From an uncultured delta proteobacterium (GTDB lineage: Bacteria; Desulfobacterota; Binatia; UBA9968): DNA of 64,000 bases. The notes below the pieces were generated by a model. It worked only from the letters and a program-made list of their open reading frames with translations, was not told the origin of the DNA and searched no databases. This document shows, in pieces, positions 22,516 through 34,147 of the stretch (position 1 is its first letter; each line of letters begins with the position of its first letter). The position numbers were made by a program, and so were the translations under genes. The stretch is taken from NCBI GenBank assembly GCA_963760795.1, contig CAVXEP010000028.1, positions 32,001 to 96,000 on the forward strand, read 5' to 3'.

Positions 22516-23841
22516 TTATTGATTCATCGAATCGAGAAAATCCTTGTTAGTCTTGCTGCCATGCATTTTATCGAGCAGGAATTCCATCGATTCGACGACG
22601 CTCAACTGCGACAAGACTTTGCGCAATATCCAGATGCGATTGAGATCCTCTCGCGGAATCAGCAATTCCTCTTTGCGAGTTCCAGACTTATTGATGTCGA
22701 TGGCCGGGAACACCCGCTTATCCATCAAGCGCCGGTCCAAATGGACTTCCATATTGCCGGTGCCTTTGAATTCTTCAAAGATCACTTCATCCATACGGCT
22801 GCCGGTATCGATCAAGGCCGTGGCGATGATCGTTAAACTACCACCGTCTTCGATATTACGGGCGGCACCGAAGAATTTCTTGGGTTTATGCAGCGCATTC
22901 GAGTCGACACCGCCGGAGAGAATCTTGCCGCTCGGCGGCACGACGGTGTTATAGGCACGCGCCAAGCGGGTGATACTATCGAGCAAGATCACCACGTCTT
23001 TGCCATGCTCAACCAAGCGCTTGGCTTTCTCGATCACCATCTCAGCCACTTGCACATGGCGCGTCGCCGGCTCGTCGAAGGTCGAGCTGATCACCTCACC
23101 GTTGACGGATCGCTGCATGTCGGTGACCTCTTCCGGCCGCTCGTCGATCAACAGGACGATCAACACCACCTCTGGATGATTATGCGCTATCGCTTTGGCG
23201 ATATGCTGTAACATCATGGTTTTGCCGGTACGCGGCGCGGCCACGATTAAACCACGTTGACCCTTACCGATAGGCACCAACAAATCGACAATTCGGGTAG
23301 TGTAGTCGGTAGGCTGATTTTCTAAACACAAACGCTCGTTGGGATAAAGCGGCGTCAGGTTGTCGAAAAGAATCTTTTCCCGCGCGCGTTCAGGATCTTC
23401 GTAATTGATCGTCTCGACCTTGAGTAGGGCGAAATAACGTTCGCCTTCCTTGGGCGGCCGAATATGACCGGAAATAATATCGCCAGTGCGCAAGCTGAAG
23501 CGACGAATCTGGCTGGGTGAAACATAGATATCGTCCGGTCCGGGCAGATAGTTATAATCGGGGGCGCGCAGAAAGCCGAAACCATCGGGTAGTGTTTCCA
23601 ATACTCCCTCGCCATAAACATGACCGTTTTGCTCAGTCTGCGCCTGCAGGATCGCAAAGATCAGATCCTGTTTGCGCATGTTGGCGGCGCCCTCAATATT
23701 AAAGGTTTTGCCGATCAGCGCTAAGTCGCCGATCTTTTTTTCCTTGAGGGCCTTGAGATTCAACCCATTATCTTTGACGACTTCTTTGACCACCTCTTCG
23801 ACGGTCTCCGGCTCGGCGGATCGAGTTCTACCACGAACCAT
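22516..23841 (-). CDS. rho: Transcription termination factor Rho
   Basis: [38 protein letters not shown]. Confidence 0.98.
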   Translation of the reverse strand: MVRGRTRSAEPETVEEVVKEVVKDNGLNLKALKEKKIGDLALIGKTFNIEGAANMRKQDLIFAILQAQTEQNGHVYGEGVLETLPDGFGFLRAPDYNYLPGPDDIYVSPSQIRRFSLRTGDIISGHIRPPKEGERYFALLKVETINYEDPERAREKILFDNLTPLYPNERLCLENQPTDYTTRIVDLLVPIGKGQRGLIVAAPRTGKTMMLQHIAKAIAHNHPEVVLIVLLIDERPEEVTDMQRSVNGEVISSTFDEPATRHVQVAEMVIEKAKRLVEHGKDVVILLDSITRLARAYNTVVPPSGKILSGGVDSNALHKPKKFFGAARNIEDGGSLTIIATALIDTGSRMDEVIFEEFKGTGNMEVHLDRRLMDKRVFPAIDINKSGTRKEELLIPREDLNRIWILRKVLSQLSVVESMEFLLDKMHGSKTNKDFLDSMNQ

Positions 23842-24155
23842 ACACTATGCCTCTCCTTTCAACACTCAAAGCTATAATCCACTTTTGACGCAGTCAGGTC
23901 TAAAACACTCATTTGCTGGGATATTCAAGCACCGATGACGCCAGCGCCCCGCACTAAACTTCAATGACAACGAGTTGACGTTGGCGCCGGGCGCAACTGC
24001 ACACGCAAGTGCGTCCGTGGGACAAACTACTAAACGCAGACAAGAATCTCTTTTTTGAAGAACAAAATAAGCTCTGATCGATTAACTGCGAATGAAAATT
24101 TAATTTGGCGCGGGGACGATCAAAAAGAGTTACTGAACTAATCCTCGGTGAACTA

Positions 24156-24184
24156 ATAATATTTTAAACTCTGAATCTTGTCAA
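24156..24184 (-). promoter_or_regulatory. sigma70-type promoter for rho, overlapping the rluD 3' end
   Basis: Minus strand TTGACA-N17-TATTAT, about 310 nt upstream of the rho start. Confidence 0.7.
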
Positions 24185-25228
24185 CCCCATAGGCCGCGAA
24201 GATTTCGCCCGGATCGATTCACTGGCCACCGTGTGGCTTTTGAGCATTTCAATCAAGCTCACCATGTCATCGGCTAGAGGCGCGCGAAACTCCAGCCGCG
24301 CACCACTGCGCACATGATCGAAGCTCAATTTCTCTGCGTGAAGCGCATGGCGCGAGAAGCCATCGACTCCCGCCCCGAATAACTCATTTTGCGGCGCCAC
24401 AGCCCGACGGCGATCGTAGACTTGATCGCCAACCAAAGGATGGCCAAGATCGGCGAGGTGGACGCGGATCTGATGCGTGCGACCGGTCCGTGGAATAAGT
24501 CGGATCAAACAGTACCAAGAGACAATCCGGGCCGCCATCGGCACGGCGTATCGACTTTCAACGATCCACTGAGTCGTAGCGTCACGGCTCTTGCCGAGGA
24601 CGCGTAGACTTGACATCCGTTTCCGATCGCTGCGATGGCGGCCGATGGCACGGTCGATCTCGCCCCGCTCCCCCGCCATGCGCCCATGCACCAGCGCGAC
24701 ATATTCTTTGCGTACCGTGCGACCCTTGAATTGTTCCACCAAGCTACGCATCGCCAAATCGTTTTTGGCGACCACCATCACACCCGACGTGTCTTTGTCC
24801 AGGCGATGCACGATCCCCGGCCGTCGTTCACCGCCGATACCGGCGATGGCCGGGCAGTGGTGCAAGATCGCGTTGACCAATGTGCCACTAGTACGCCCTG
24901 CCGCGGGGTGAACAACCATACCCGCGGCTTTATGAATCACGATAATATCTTGATCTTCATAGAGGACGGTCAGAGGCAAATCCTCAGCGATCAAACCGAT
25001 CTCACGCACCGCCGGTAGTTGAATCTCGATAAGGTCAGCCAATTTCACCCTGACACTAGACTTCACACGCCCACCGTTGACGATCACGTGACCGGCATCG
25101 ATAAGCTTTTGCACCCCGGTGCGGCTCATCGCCTCCGCAGCTTCCGGCGCGGCACAATGGCGCGCGACGAACACATCCAAGCGCATGCCTGCAGTACCAA
25201 CGTCCACCGTAAATCGTTCGGATCCCAT
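24164..25228 (-). CDS. rluD: RluA/RluD family 23S rRNA pseudouridine synthase
   Basis: S4 domain (RLDVF), GIVHRLDKDTSG, TGRTHQIRVH. Confidence 0.92.
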   Translation of the reverse strand: MGSERFTVDVGTAGMRLDVFVARHCAAPEAAEAMSRTGVQKLIDAGHVIVNGGRVKSSVRVKLADLIEIQLPAVREIGLIAEDLPLTVLYEDQDIIVIHKAAGMVVHPAAGRTSGTLVNAILHHCPAIAGIGGERRPGIVHRLDKDTSGVMVVAKNDLAMRSLVEQFKGRTVRKEYVALVHGRMAGERGEIDRAIGRHRSDRKRMSSLRVLGKSRDATTQWIVESRYAVPMAARIVSWYCLIRLIPRTGRTHQIRVHLADLGHPLVGDQVYDRRRAVAPQNELFGAGVDGFSRHALHAEKLSFDHVRSGARLEFRAPLADDMVSLIEMLKSHTVASESIRAKSSRPMGLTRFRV

Positions 25229-25230
25229 GT

Positions 25231-26193
25231 TTAAGATTTCTCGTCAATCGACGTCGTCGACGCAAAACCCCGACGCGCAAGGACCCTCTCCGCGTCCGCT
25301 ACATCTAGATGGATCTGCGCGGTCAACGATGCCACAGAGGCGAAGTTCATTTCGTCGCGTAGCCGGGCGACGAACGCTAGCTTCACCGACTCGCCATAAA
25401 TTTCCCTATCAAAATTCAATACATAACTCTCAACGGTGCGCGGCCCGGCACCGAAGGTTGGATTAAGCCCCACACTGGTAACGCTAGGCAGAGATTTCCC
25501 GCCAAGGTGAAACAAGGTCGCGTAAATACCGTCACGCGGGATAATCTCCGCCCGGCTGGCGATATTGGCCGTGGGAAAACCGATCTCGCGGCCGCGCCGG
25601 TGACCGGACACGACCTTGCCGGAAACGAAATAATATCTCGCCAACATCGGCTGCACCGCGGCGACTTCGCCGGCGCTGAGTAGTTCGCGAATCCGTGAAC
25701 TACTCACGCGCTCGCCAGCCACCATGACCGGATCGACAATGCCCACTTCGTAACCCAACTGCGGACCCCAAGCGCGCAAATTCTCGATATCGCCGCCGCG
25801 TCCCTTGCCAAAGCGTAGATCCTTACCGACCCAAACTTTCTTGGCGCGCAGCCGGTCGCGCAAATACTTGTGCACGAAGTCCTCGGCGGGAATGGCGGAA
25901 AAGTCACGATCGAACTGTTGAATCACCACGTAATCGACACCGAGCGCTTGCAGCAACTGCATCTTGTCCTTATGAGTAAGCAGCATCTTAGGCGCCCGCT
26001 CGGGAGCGAGCACACGCAGTGGATGGGGCTCGAAAGTTAACACCGCGGAGCACACTCCCAGCCGCCTGGCATCGTCAACCGTATTCTTGATGAGTTCCTG
26101 ATGCCCCAAGTGAATGCCATCGAAGTTGCCCAAAGTCACGCTGGCGCCCTCGAAGGCGAGCGCGGGATCGTCGATGTGACGGATTATCTGCAT
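25231..26193 (-). CDS. ribF: Bifunctional riboflavin kinase/FAD synthetase
   Basis: GNFDGIHLGH, TFEPHP, SSSRIR, GFPTAN. Confidence 0.97.
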   Translation of the reverse strand: MQIIRHIDDPALAFEGASVTLGNFDGIHLGHQELIKNTVDDARRLGVCSAVLTFEPHPLRVLAPERAPKMLLTHKDKMQLLQALGVDYVVIQQFDRDFSAIPAEDFVHKYLRDRLRAKKVWVGKDLRFGKGRGGDIENLRAWGPQLGYEVGIVDPVMVAGERVSSSRIRELLSAGEVAAVQPMLARYYFVSGKVVSGHRRGREIGFPTANIASRAEIIPRDGIYATLFHLGGKSLPSVTSVGLNPTFGAGPRTVESYVLNFDREIYGESVKLAFVARLRDEMNFASVASLTAQIHLDVADAERVLARRGFASTTSIDEKS

Positions 26194-26296
26194 GGTAAAC
26201 CGTACAATAGCACCGAACCACCCTGGGAGTCACACAGGGCGCCAAGTTGGCGCGTATGGCCGGCGGTACTTCGCTGCGCTACACGGATGATCAGGG

Positions 26297-27181
26297 TCAG
26301 GACTCGAGGGATTTGAGTTTTTGCTTGGCCATGAGCGCTTCAGGAGATTGGGAATACTTTTCGACGACATCTTGCAGCACCAAACGGGCGTTTAATTTTT
26401 CACCGAGCTCGGCAAAGGCAAAGCCCTGCCGCAACAGCGCTGCCGGAACTTTCTCCGATTGCGGGTAACGGCGCCGCACCTCATCCAACTCAACAATCGC
26501 CTTGTCGTACTCCTTGAGACCATAGTGGCATTCACCGAGCCAATATTGCGCGTTCGCCGCGATCCGGCTCTTGGGATATTTTTTCACGAACTCGCGAAAC
26601 CGGCCGGCCGCCGCGCGAAAATCTTTGCGGTCGAACAGACGCCAGCTGCTTTCGAAGTCTCGTCGCGCCCCATCCGACTCCCCTAGCGCGGCTTCGGCAT
26701 AGCCATCCGGCGCGTTTGCTGGAGCGGCTTGCGCGGTTTGCGCGGTTTCTTTCAATTGCTTGATCTCGGCTTCGCGAATCTTCAAAATCTCTGCCTGGGC
26801 TTTAGCATCTTCTTCAAGTTTGAGCAGACGAGCATCTAAATTCTTAACCCGCTGATCGCCATCTCGGCTGGTTTGGCCGATTTCCCGTCCGACTTGCACT
26901 CGGGTTTCATCGATGCGCTCGCGAATCGCGCTGATATCGCGTTGCATCTGCTGCAAGTTGGCCCGGGTATCGGCCAAACTTGTTCGCACCGCATCGATAT
27001 CGGACTGCATCGTACCGATATTCGACTGTATCGAACCGACATCGCCACGCAGCCGCCGTTGGTCGCGTTCGAGCAGATCCACCTGCTGCGGGTTCACACA
27101 GCCGGATGTAACCGCCAAAGCGGTCAAGACAAATAGAATCTGAAATTTATTATTTAACAATGGAGCCATCCTCATAGCCAT
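26297..27181 (-). CDS. cpoB: Tol-Pal system TPR/coiled-coil protein CpoB (YbgF)
   Basis: Lipoprotein-like signal (TSGC), coiled coil, ANAQYWLGE TPR; follows pal. Confidence 0.9.
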   Translation of the reverse strand: MAMRMAPLLNNKFQILFVLTALAVTSGCVNPQQVDLLERDQRRLRGDVGSIQSNIGTMQSDIDAVRTSLADTRANLQQMQRDISAIRERIDETRVQVGREIGQTSRDGDQRVKNLDARLLKLEEDAKAQAEILKIREAEIKQLKETAQTAQAAPANAPDGYAEAALGESDGARRDFESSWRLFDRKDFRAAAGRFREFVKKYPKSRIAANAQYWLGECHYGLKEYDKAIVELDEVRRRYPQSEKVPAALLRQGFAFAELGEKLNARLVLQDVVEKYSQSPEALMAKQKLKSLES

Positions 27182-27184
27182 CGA

Positions 27185-27790
27185 TCAAGAAGTGGTGCGC
27201 CGCTCGACGATCACAAAGCGCGCCCGGCGATTTTGCCGCCAACAGCCTTCCGAGCTCTCTTGGCATACCGGGATTTCCTCACCATAGCTGGTAGTCGTCA
27301 AACGATCCGGCGCTATCCCCAACGACGCCAGGTATTCCCGCGCCGCCTGGGCTCTTTTCGCGCCCAGTGCCAGATTGTAGTCGCTGGTGCCGCGCTCATC
27401 GCAGTGGCCTTCTATCTCAACCCGCACCGATGCATTGCTTTTAAGCCAATCGGCGTTGGCGCGCAAAACGGCGCGCGCGTCAGCGCTGAGATCGTAGCGG
27501 TCGAAATCGAAGAAAGCGTCTTTCAAGGGACTTGAAGCCGGCGTGATCGGCGGCTTGCCCTCTTGCAACGCCTTCAGGCTCGACGGATCCGCGTCCGAAT
27601 CCTTGGTAGCACCGCGCTGACCGTCGCCGGAGCGTACACTGTCGGAGGACTTTGCCGACGCTGAGCCGGTTCCTTTAGACGGCGGATCGGGCTTGGGTGC
27701 CGCCGTCGGTGCACAGCCAAATGCAATTAATCCAAGCAGCAAAACTCCGCAATTCGCAATTCTCCCACGGATTGTCATCAAAACCTCCAT
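27185..27790 (-). CDS. pal: Peptidoglycan-associated lipoprotein
   Basis: Lipobox AFGC; FFDFD, IEGHCDERG, YNLALG, SYGEE, NRRA. Confidence 0.96.
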   Translation of the reverse strand: MEVLMTIRGRIANCGVLLLGLIAFGCAPTAAPKPDPPSKGTGSASAKSSDSVRSGDGQRGATKDSDADPSSLKALQEGKPPITPASSPLKDAFFDFDRYDLSADARAVLRANADWLKSNASVRVEIEGHCDERGTSDYNLALGAKRAQAAREYLASLGIAPDRLTTTSYGEEIPVCQESSEGCWRQNRRARFVIVERRTTS

Positions 27791-27838
27791 CTTGTTGGTC
27801 GAAAACCTTCTTTAGTCATGACAGTTTACTGAAATAAT

Positions 27839-29155
27839 TTAGTCGAGCAGCCGCGGCGACCAGCTCGGTTTGGTGTCGTCACCACCGGAGCCTGTCAGTC
27901 GCCGTTGATTCTCACCGCTCGCTTGCATCACATATAGATGATACTTGCCGGCCCGATTCGATGAGAACGCAACAAATCTGCCATCCGGCGACCAAGTTGG
28001 ATCTTCGCTGTCAGATGCTTCCGACGTGAGTTTGCGTGGATCGCCACCTTCCGCCGCAACCGTAAAAATAGCAAACCTGCTTCCGACCCTACCGGTATAG
28101 ACAATACGGTCTCCCTTGGGAGACCATTCGGGCGATGTGTTGTAACTACCGCTGTAGGTCACGCGCCGGGTCTTGCCACTCTGAAGGTCGATAACAAAAA
28201 TCTGCGGCGAACCGCTACGGTCGGACACAAAAACAACCTGTTTGCCGTCGGGGGACCAAGCCGGCGAGACCTCGATCCCAGGGTCCTCGGTCAGGCGCCG
28301 GATAACGCCACCGTTACGATCGAGCAAATGAAGATTAGTGTTGCCCGCCGACTCATAGGTGGCCACCACCATTTGGCCGTCGGGGGAGAGCTTACCGCCG
28401 AGATACCGGCCCGCGCCGGGAGGACTGAATCTGACTTCTTTGCCGCTGTCGAGATCGCGTAGATAGAGGGTTTGGCCGCGATCCTTGAACGAAGAATACA
28501 GAACGGTTCGGCCATTTGCGCTCCAGGATGGCGAGAGATTGATCGTCCGGTTATCGGTGACTTGAGTCTTCTCGCTACCGTCAAGATGCGACAAGTAAAT
28601 CTCTTTAAAGCGGCCGCCGCTATTGGAGACGTAGGCGATTTGGGTATTGAAGACGCCGGGAATACCAGTGAATTGGTTGATAATCTCGTCGACGAATTTA
28701 TGGGCGATGCGGCGAAATTGGCGCACCCCCCCAGTGTAACGTTTGGCGATGCGCTCTTTACCTTGGTAGACATCGAACAAACGCAGCTCCACGGTGATCT
28801 CATCCCCCTGCACCGAGAACCCGCCTTTGACTAAGCCCTCCGCGCCGAGGGTCGACCAATCTTTAAGATCGAAGGTGCCGAGCGTAATGCCGCTCTTTTG
28901 CGGGCTTTCGATGTAACTCGATCGATCGATTACCCGGAACCAGCCCGAAAGCTCTAAATCATGGACGATGGCATCGGCGATTCCCGTCGAATAGCGGCCG
29001 GAATCAGCGGTCGAGCCGCCGAGATTGCGCAGCGGCGAGACCGCAATGGGAAACTTCTGGCCGCCGGAACCGACGATCTCGCCTTTAAATTGCGCCAAGG
29101 TCGTTTCGATATCGAAACTGACTATGAACGCTATCACCAGGAACAAAACTTTCAT
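27839..29155 (-). CDS. tolB: Tol-Pal beta-propeller protein
   Basis: Repeated P.WSPDG (PD40) blades; signal peptide from MKVLFLV. Confidence 0.95.
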   Translation of the reverse strand: MKVLFLVIAFIVSFDIETTLAQFKGEIVGSGGQKFPIAVSPLRNLGGSTADSGRYSTGIADAIVHDLELSGWFRVIDRSSYIESPQKSGITLGTFDLKDWSTLGAEGLVKGGFSVQGDEITVELRLFDVYQGKERIAKRYTGGVRQFRRIAHKFVDEIINQFTGIPGVFNTQIAYVSNSGGRFKEIYLSHLDGSEKTQVTDNRTINLSPSWSANGRTVLYSSFKDRGQTLYLRDLDSGKEVRFSPPGAGRYLGGKLSPDGQMVVATYESAGNTNLHLLDRNGGVIRRLTEDPGIEVSPAWSPDGKQVVFVSDRSGSPQIFVIDLQSGKTRRVTYSGSYNTSPEWSPKGDRIVYTGRVGSRFAIFTVAAEGGDPRKLTSEASDSEDPTWSPDGRFVAFSSNRAGKYHLYVMQASGENQRRLTGSGGDDTKPSWSPRLLD

Positions 29156-29159
29156 CCGA

Positions 29160-30080
29160 TTAAGCCTCCAGATCCTCCGGCCGAAATGCAAGCTCGACTT
29201 CGGAGAAACCATTGCGAATGTTTTCCGTGAGCGCTGGCAGCGGGCTCGACTTTCGCACCGCCCTCAGGACTGAATCGTCGTAAGACGAGTTGCCGGATGA
29301 CTGGGCAATCTTGAGCCCGACTATTTCGCCGTTGTCTTTGATATTAAACTGCACTACGACTTTGATCTTGCTGCGCGGTCCCACCCACACCCAATTATTC
29401 TTAATCGTGCTCAGCATGCGATTTTGATAGATGACATAGTCCATCCCTTTGACTATCCCTGGGCCGCCACGACCGCCCGCTCCCAACGCCGATCCACCCA
29501 CCCCTTCGCCGGTGCCCGTGCTTAGCGCCTCTCCTTTTGACGCTTTCTGAGCGGTTCCAGTTCCCGCCGACGCTCGCTCAGCGGCGGCCTTGATCAACCG
29601 TTCACGCACGCTATCGGCGGAAGCAGTTTCAGTTCTATCCTCGTCTTTGGATTCTTTGGTCGGTTCTTTTTTCGCAGGCTCCTTTTTGGCCTTGTCGCGC
29701 AGTAGGACATGATCATCGTCAACAATTTTCTTTTCAGCGACTTTGGTTTTCTCGGCCTTTTCCTGGCGCAATTCTTTCTTCGGGACTGCGATCGGTGCTG
29801 GCGCTTCCGCCGCTTTCACATCATTTTTCACCGAACCGCTTAGCTCGGTTCCGAGGGAGGTGCGGCCAATGCGCTCGCCGCCGACCAAATCGACTGTGTA
29901 AATGGGCGTAGTCGGCAAACGCGGCGACGACTTAAACGGCGCGATGACAATCAATAGCGCCAGACCGACATGGACGATTAGGGAAACCGTAACCCACTTC
30001 GGTAGTCGTTCCTCGGCCCCGGCGAGGGGAAACGAGCGTTCACGCAAGTTAATGGTTGGAGAGGAATTATCTCCGGCCAT
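29160..30080 (-). CDS. tolA: TolA-like energy transducer with TonB C-terminal domain
   Basis: N-terminal TM with S-x3-H, Lys/Glu-rich linker, SSGNSSYDDSVLRAV; lies between tolR and tolB. Confidence 0.85.
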   Translation of the reverse strand: MAGDNSSPTINLRERSFPLAGAEERLPKWVTVSLIVHVGLALLIVIAPFKSSPRLPTTPIYTVDLVGGERIGRTSLGTELSGSVKNDVKAAEAPAPIAVPKKELRQEKAEKTKVAEKKIVDDDHVLLRDKAKKEPAKKEPTKESKDEDRTETASADSVRERLIKAAAERASAGTGTAQKASKGEALSTGTGEGVGGSALGAGGRGGPGIVKGMDYVIYQNRMLSTIKNNWVWVGPRSKIKVVVQFNIKDNGEIVGLKIAQSSGNSSYDDSVLRAVRKSSPLPALTENIRNGFSEVELAFRPEDLEA

Positions 30081-30086
30081 CGACAA

Positions 30087-30503
30087 TCAGCCCTCTTCAG
30101 ACGGCGGCCGGGTGACCATGCCCAGCCTTTCAATGCCAGCCTGCTTGATTTCAGCAATGGTTTTCATCACCAGGCCGTAGCGGACATCTTGGTCGGCCCT
30201 TAAATAGACTTGCTTGTTCGGCTGGGATTTCGCAATCGCGCGCAATTTTATCCCGAGTTCGCCGAGGGTCATGACATTGTCGTTCAGATAGGTCTTGCCA
30301 TTCTTGGCCACGGTCACCACCAGATGTTCTTCGGTTCCGGGTATTGCACTGCTTCGCGCCGCCGGCAAATTCACCTGCACGCCCTGCTGGATGATCGGTG
30401 CCGTCACCATAAAAATCACCAGCAAAACCAGCATCACGTCGACCAGCGGCGTCACATTGATCGCCGCGATTGTTGCGCCATTGCGTTGGGACGATGCATC
30501 CAT
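30087..30503 (-). CDS. tolR: Tol-Pal protein TolR
   Basis: INVTPLVDVMLVLLVIFMVTAP, LRAD. Confidence 0.95.
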   Translation of the reverse strand: MDASSQRNGATIAAINVTPLVDVMLVLLVIFMVTAPIIQQGVQVNLPAARSSAIPGTEEHLVVTVAKNGKTYLNDNVMTLGELGIKLRAIAKSQPNKQVYLRADQDVRYGLVMKTIAEIKQAGIERLGMVTRPPSEEG

Positions 30504-30562
30504 GGCTATACCGTCTCCTAAAATTACTACCGACGATAATCCGATTATACGCTTTTATCTTC

Positions 30563-31306
30563 TCACTTGAAGAAGTGGCGTTCGGCGATATTGAGAAATT
30601 CGTGAGAAAAGTTGTCCATCTCCACGGCGACCACTTTGATCTGCTGGACAAAGTAATTATAGGCGATCAAGGCTGGAATCGCCGCACCCAACCCGACTGC
30701 GGTGGCGATCAGCGCCTCGGCGATCCCTGGAGCAACAGCTTGGATACTCGAAGACTGGGTGACACTCAGGCCGAGAAAAGCATTCATGATGCCCCAGACC
30801 GTGCCGAACAGTCCGACGAACGGCGCTGAACTTGCCGTCGTCGCCAGAAACGAGCAGTGCTTTTCCAATTTTGTGATCTCAACACTGGTCGCCCGCTGCA
30901 TCGCCCGCGAAACATTGTCGACCCCGCCCAACTCGGTGGTGAGATTTTCCCCCGGCGATGACTCCTTCTTCGAGCGCGACACCCGCACCAGCTCTTCGTA
31001 ACCCGCACGAAACACTTGCCCCACCGGACTCGACGCCAACTCACGGCTGGCATCGTGGATCGAAGACAGATTGCGCCGTTCCCAGAATATTTCGATGAAC
31101 TTAGCCGACTCCCGTTTGGCACGACGAATCTGCTGGAACTTCTGTGCGATAATGCCCCAACTCATGACCGAGAAAAAAACCAAAATATAGAGAATACCCT
31201 GCACGACCAGCCCGGAACCGCGCACCAAATCGAGAATTCCATGCTGGTGCGGCGCTGGTAGAGCGTTTTGCAGTGATAAATTAAACGACCGGAAAAAAGG
31301 CATCAC
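30563..31306 (-). CDS. tolQ: Tol-Pal protein TolQ
   Basis: PFVGLFGTVWGIMNAF, VAPGIAEALIATA. Confidence 0.95.
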   Translation of the reverse strand: MMPFFRSFNLSLQNALPAPHQHGILDLVRGSGLVVQGILYILVFFSVMSWGIIAQKFQQIRRAKRESAKFIEIFWERRNLSSIHDASRELASSPVGQVFRAGYEELVRVSRSKKESSPGENLTTELGGVDNVSRAMQRATSVEITKLEKHCSFLATTASSAPFVGLFGTVWGIMNAFLGLSVTQSSSIQAVAPGIAEALIATAVGLGAAIPALIAYNYFVQQIKVVAVEMDNFSHEFLNIAERHFFK

Positions 31307-31405
31307 GAGTTTTGCTGCGGATAATTGAAAAAGTATTACAAGCCTTGTAATTAGTCAATTGAGAACACCTGTTTTAACAAAACTTTCCTGGGCGGAGACC
31401 GAACT

Positions 31406-32584
31406 ATGATTAGAAAACTCACCGAACTCGATCTGCATGACAAGACGGTTTTCCTGCGCGTCGACTTTAACGTGCCGATCAAAGACGGCAAAGTCGGCGA
31501 GCCTCATCGTATCGACAGCGCGCTACCGACCCTCCGCTTCATCTTGGAGCGCGCCAAGAAAGTTATTGTTGCCTCACACCTGGGCCGGCCCGACGGTAAA
31601 GTGGTCGAGAAATACAGCCTGGCGCCGGTGCAACGCCACCTGCAAGACTCCCTGAAACTTCCCGTCGCCATGGCCAGCGACTGCATCGGCCCGGCAGTCG
31701 AAAATCTGCTGCGCACGGGAGACGACAAAGTCGTGCTTCTGGAAAACCTCCGTTTCCACCCGGAAGAGGAAAAAAACGACGAGAATTTTTCCCGCACTCT
31801 GGCCGCCCTCGCCGACATTTACGTCGACGACGCCTTCGGCGCGGCCCACCGTGCGCACGCCTCGATTGCTGGCATGGCGAAATTTTTCAAGAACAAAGGC
31901 GCCGGCCTGCTCTTGCAGAAGGAATTGGACTATCTCGGACCGCTACTGACCAACCCAGCAAAGCCCTTCGTTACGATACTGGGCGGGGCAAAGGTTTCCG
32001 ACAAGATCGGTGTGATCAGAAATCTGCTGCCCAAAGTGAGCGCTCTGCTAATCGGCGGGGGCATGGCCTACACGTTTCTTGAAAGCCAACGGCATCGACA
32101 TCGGCAAGTCGCTGCTGGAGCACGATAAGATCGACCTCGCGACCGAACTGATGCAACAGGCCAAACAGCTCGGTGTCAACCTGCTACTGCCGGTCGATCA
32201 TATCGCCGGCGACCGCGAAAGAAAAAATCCTGTAACCATCAACGACAGCGCGATTCCAGACGACCGCATGGGACTCGACATCGGACCCAAGACCGCGCAA
32301 AACTTCGCCGCCGAGATCGGCAAGGCCAAGCTTGTCCTATGGAATGGGCCGGTGGGGCTTTTCGAGGTCCCACCCTACGACCAAGGGAGTCGAGTGCTCG
32401 CGCAAACCCTAGCCGACAATCATCCCGCGGTGGTCGGCATCATTGCCGGTGGCGACACGGTAGCGGCAGTCTCGGCAGCTGGCGTGAGTTCGTGCATCGC
32501 CCACCTGTCAACCGGCGGCGGCGCGACTTTGGAATTTCTTGAAGGCAAAGTCCTACCGGGGATAAAAGCACTGGACGAACAATC

Positions 32585-32588
<4 letters not shown>
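31406..32588 (+). CDS. pgk: Phosphoglycerate kinase (one +1 frameshift near 32080, probably a sequencing error)
   Basis: RVDFNVP, SHLGRP, LENLRF, GGAKVSDK in the first frame; WNGPVGLFE, STGGGA in the second; ACG TTT CT(T)G AAA GCC joins them. Confidence 0.93.
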
Positions 32589-33351
<763 letters not shown>

Positions 33352-33358
33352 GGGTTTT

Positions 33359-33727
33359 ATGATAATCGCAGTCACAATCATACATGTCATCGTCAGCATT
33401 GGGCTGATCCTGGTGGTCCTGCTTCAAACCGGCAAGGGTGCCGAGATTGGCGCGGTGTTTGGCGGATCGAGCTCGACGATCTTCGGCAGCAGCGGCGCCG
33501 GCAACTTTCTGACTCGCTTGACCACCGGCATGGCGATCGTGTTCATGGTGACTTCGTTAGCGCTAGGGTATTTCGCCGGTCGGAAGCCGTCGGCAACGAT
33601 ATTCGACAATCGAACTCCGGCGGCAGCAACCAGCACCCAGCCAGTGGCGCCGGCACAGCAGCAGTCAGCACCACCGGCGACAGCTACGCCAGAATCTACA
33701 CAGCCAGCGAAGGCAGCAAATCCGTAA
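33359..33727 (+). CDS. secG: Preprotein translocase subunit SecG
   Basis: VLLQTGKGAEIGAVFGG, FLTRLT; tpiA-secG-tRNA-Leu order. Confidence 0.95.
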   Translation: MIIAVTIIHVIVSIGLILVVLLQTGKGAEIGAVFGGSSSTIFGSSGAGNFLTRLTTGMAIVFMVTSLALGYFAGRKPSATIFDNRTPAAATSTQPVAPAQQQSAPPATATPESTQPAKAANP

Positions 33728-33740
33728 GGCATTTCCTACT

Positions 33741-33827
33741 GCGAGGGTGGCGGAATCGGCAGACGCGCTAGTTTGAGGGGCTAGTGCCCGAAAGGGCGTG
33801 CGGGTTCAAATCCCGCTCCTCGCACCA
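33741..33827 (+). tRNA. tRNA-Leu(GAG)
   Basis: Acceptor stem GCGAGGG/TCCTCGC, anticodon arm CTAGT-TTGAGGG-GCTAG, long variable arm, GGTTCAAATCC, encoded CCA. Confidence 0.97.
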
Positions 33828-34101
33828 CACTATTTCACACCTCAGCTTAACTTTCAGAGGCGAGGCTCCAAGCGAGCTGGCCGTTCATGTGGCTTCTAGT
33901 CTTAGCTAGACTAGCCTAAATAGGGGCGCCAGTACGTGCGTGGTTCTCCCTGCAGTTGCGGTTCGCCAATTTTGCCCTTCTGCCACTTTTGTCACGAGCA
34001 GTTCGGCCCTGTCGGGTATTTGCCATAGAACAAAGTCCTCGTCGTTTATGTTTGGCTAGTGCGAACCTGCGATTTCAATAGGTTAATTGACTTATCGATG
34101 A

Positions 34102-34117
34102 TGGCATATCGCTTGCT
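34102..34117 (+). promoter_or_regulatory. sigma54 (-24/-12) promoter
   Basis: TGGCATATCGCTTGCT has exact GG-N10-GC spacing, 30 nt upstream of the HTH gene; IHF-like TTTCAATAGGTTA at 34073-34085. Confidence 0.7.
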
Positions 34118-34147
34118 GTTGGTTAACCACTCAGGAGTACCATCGCC

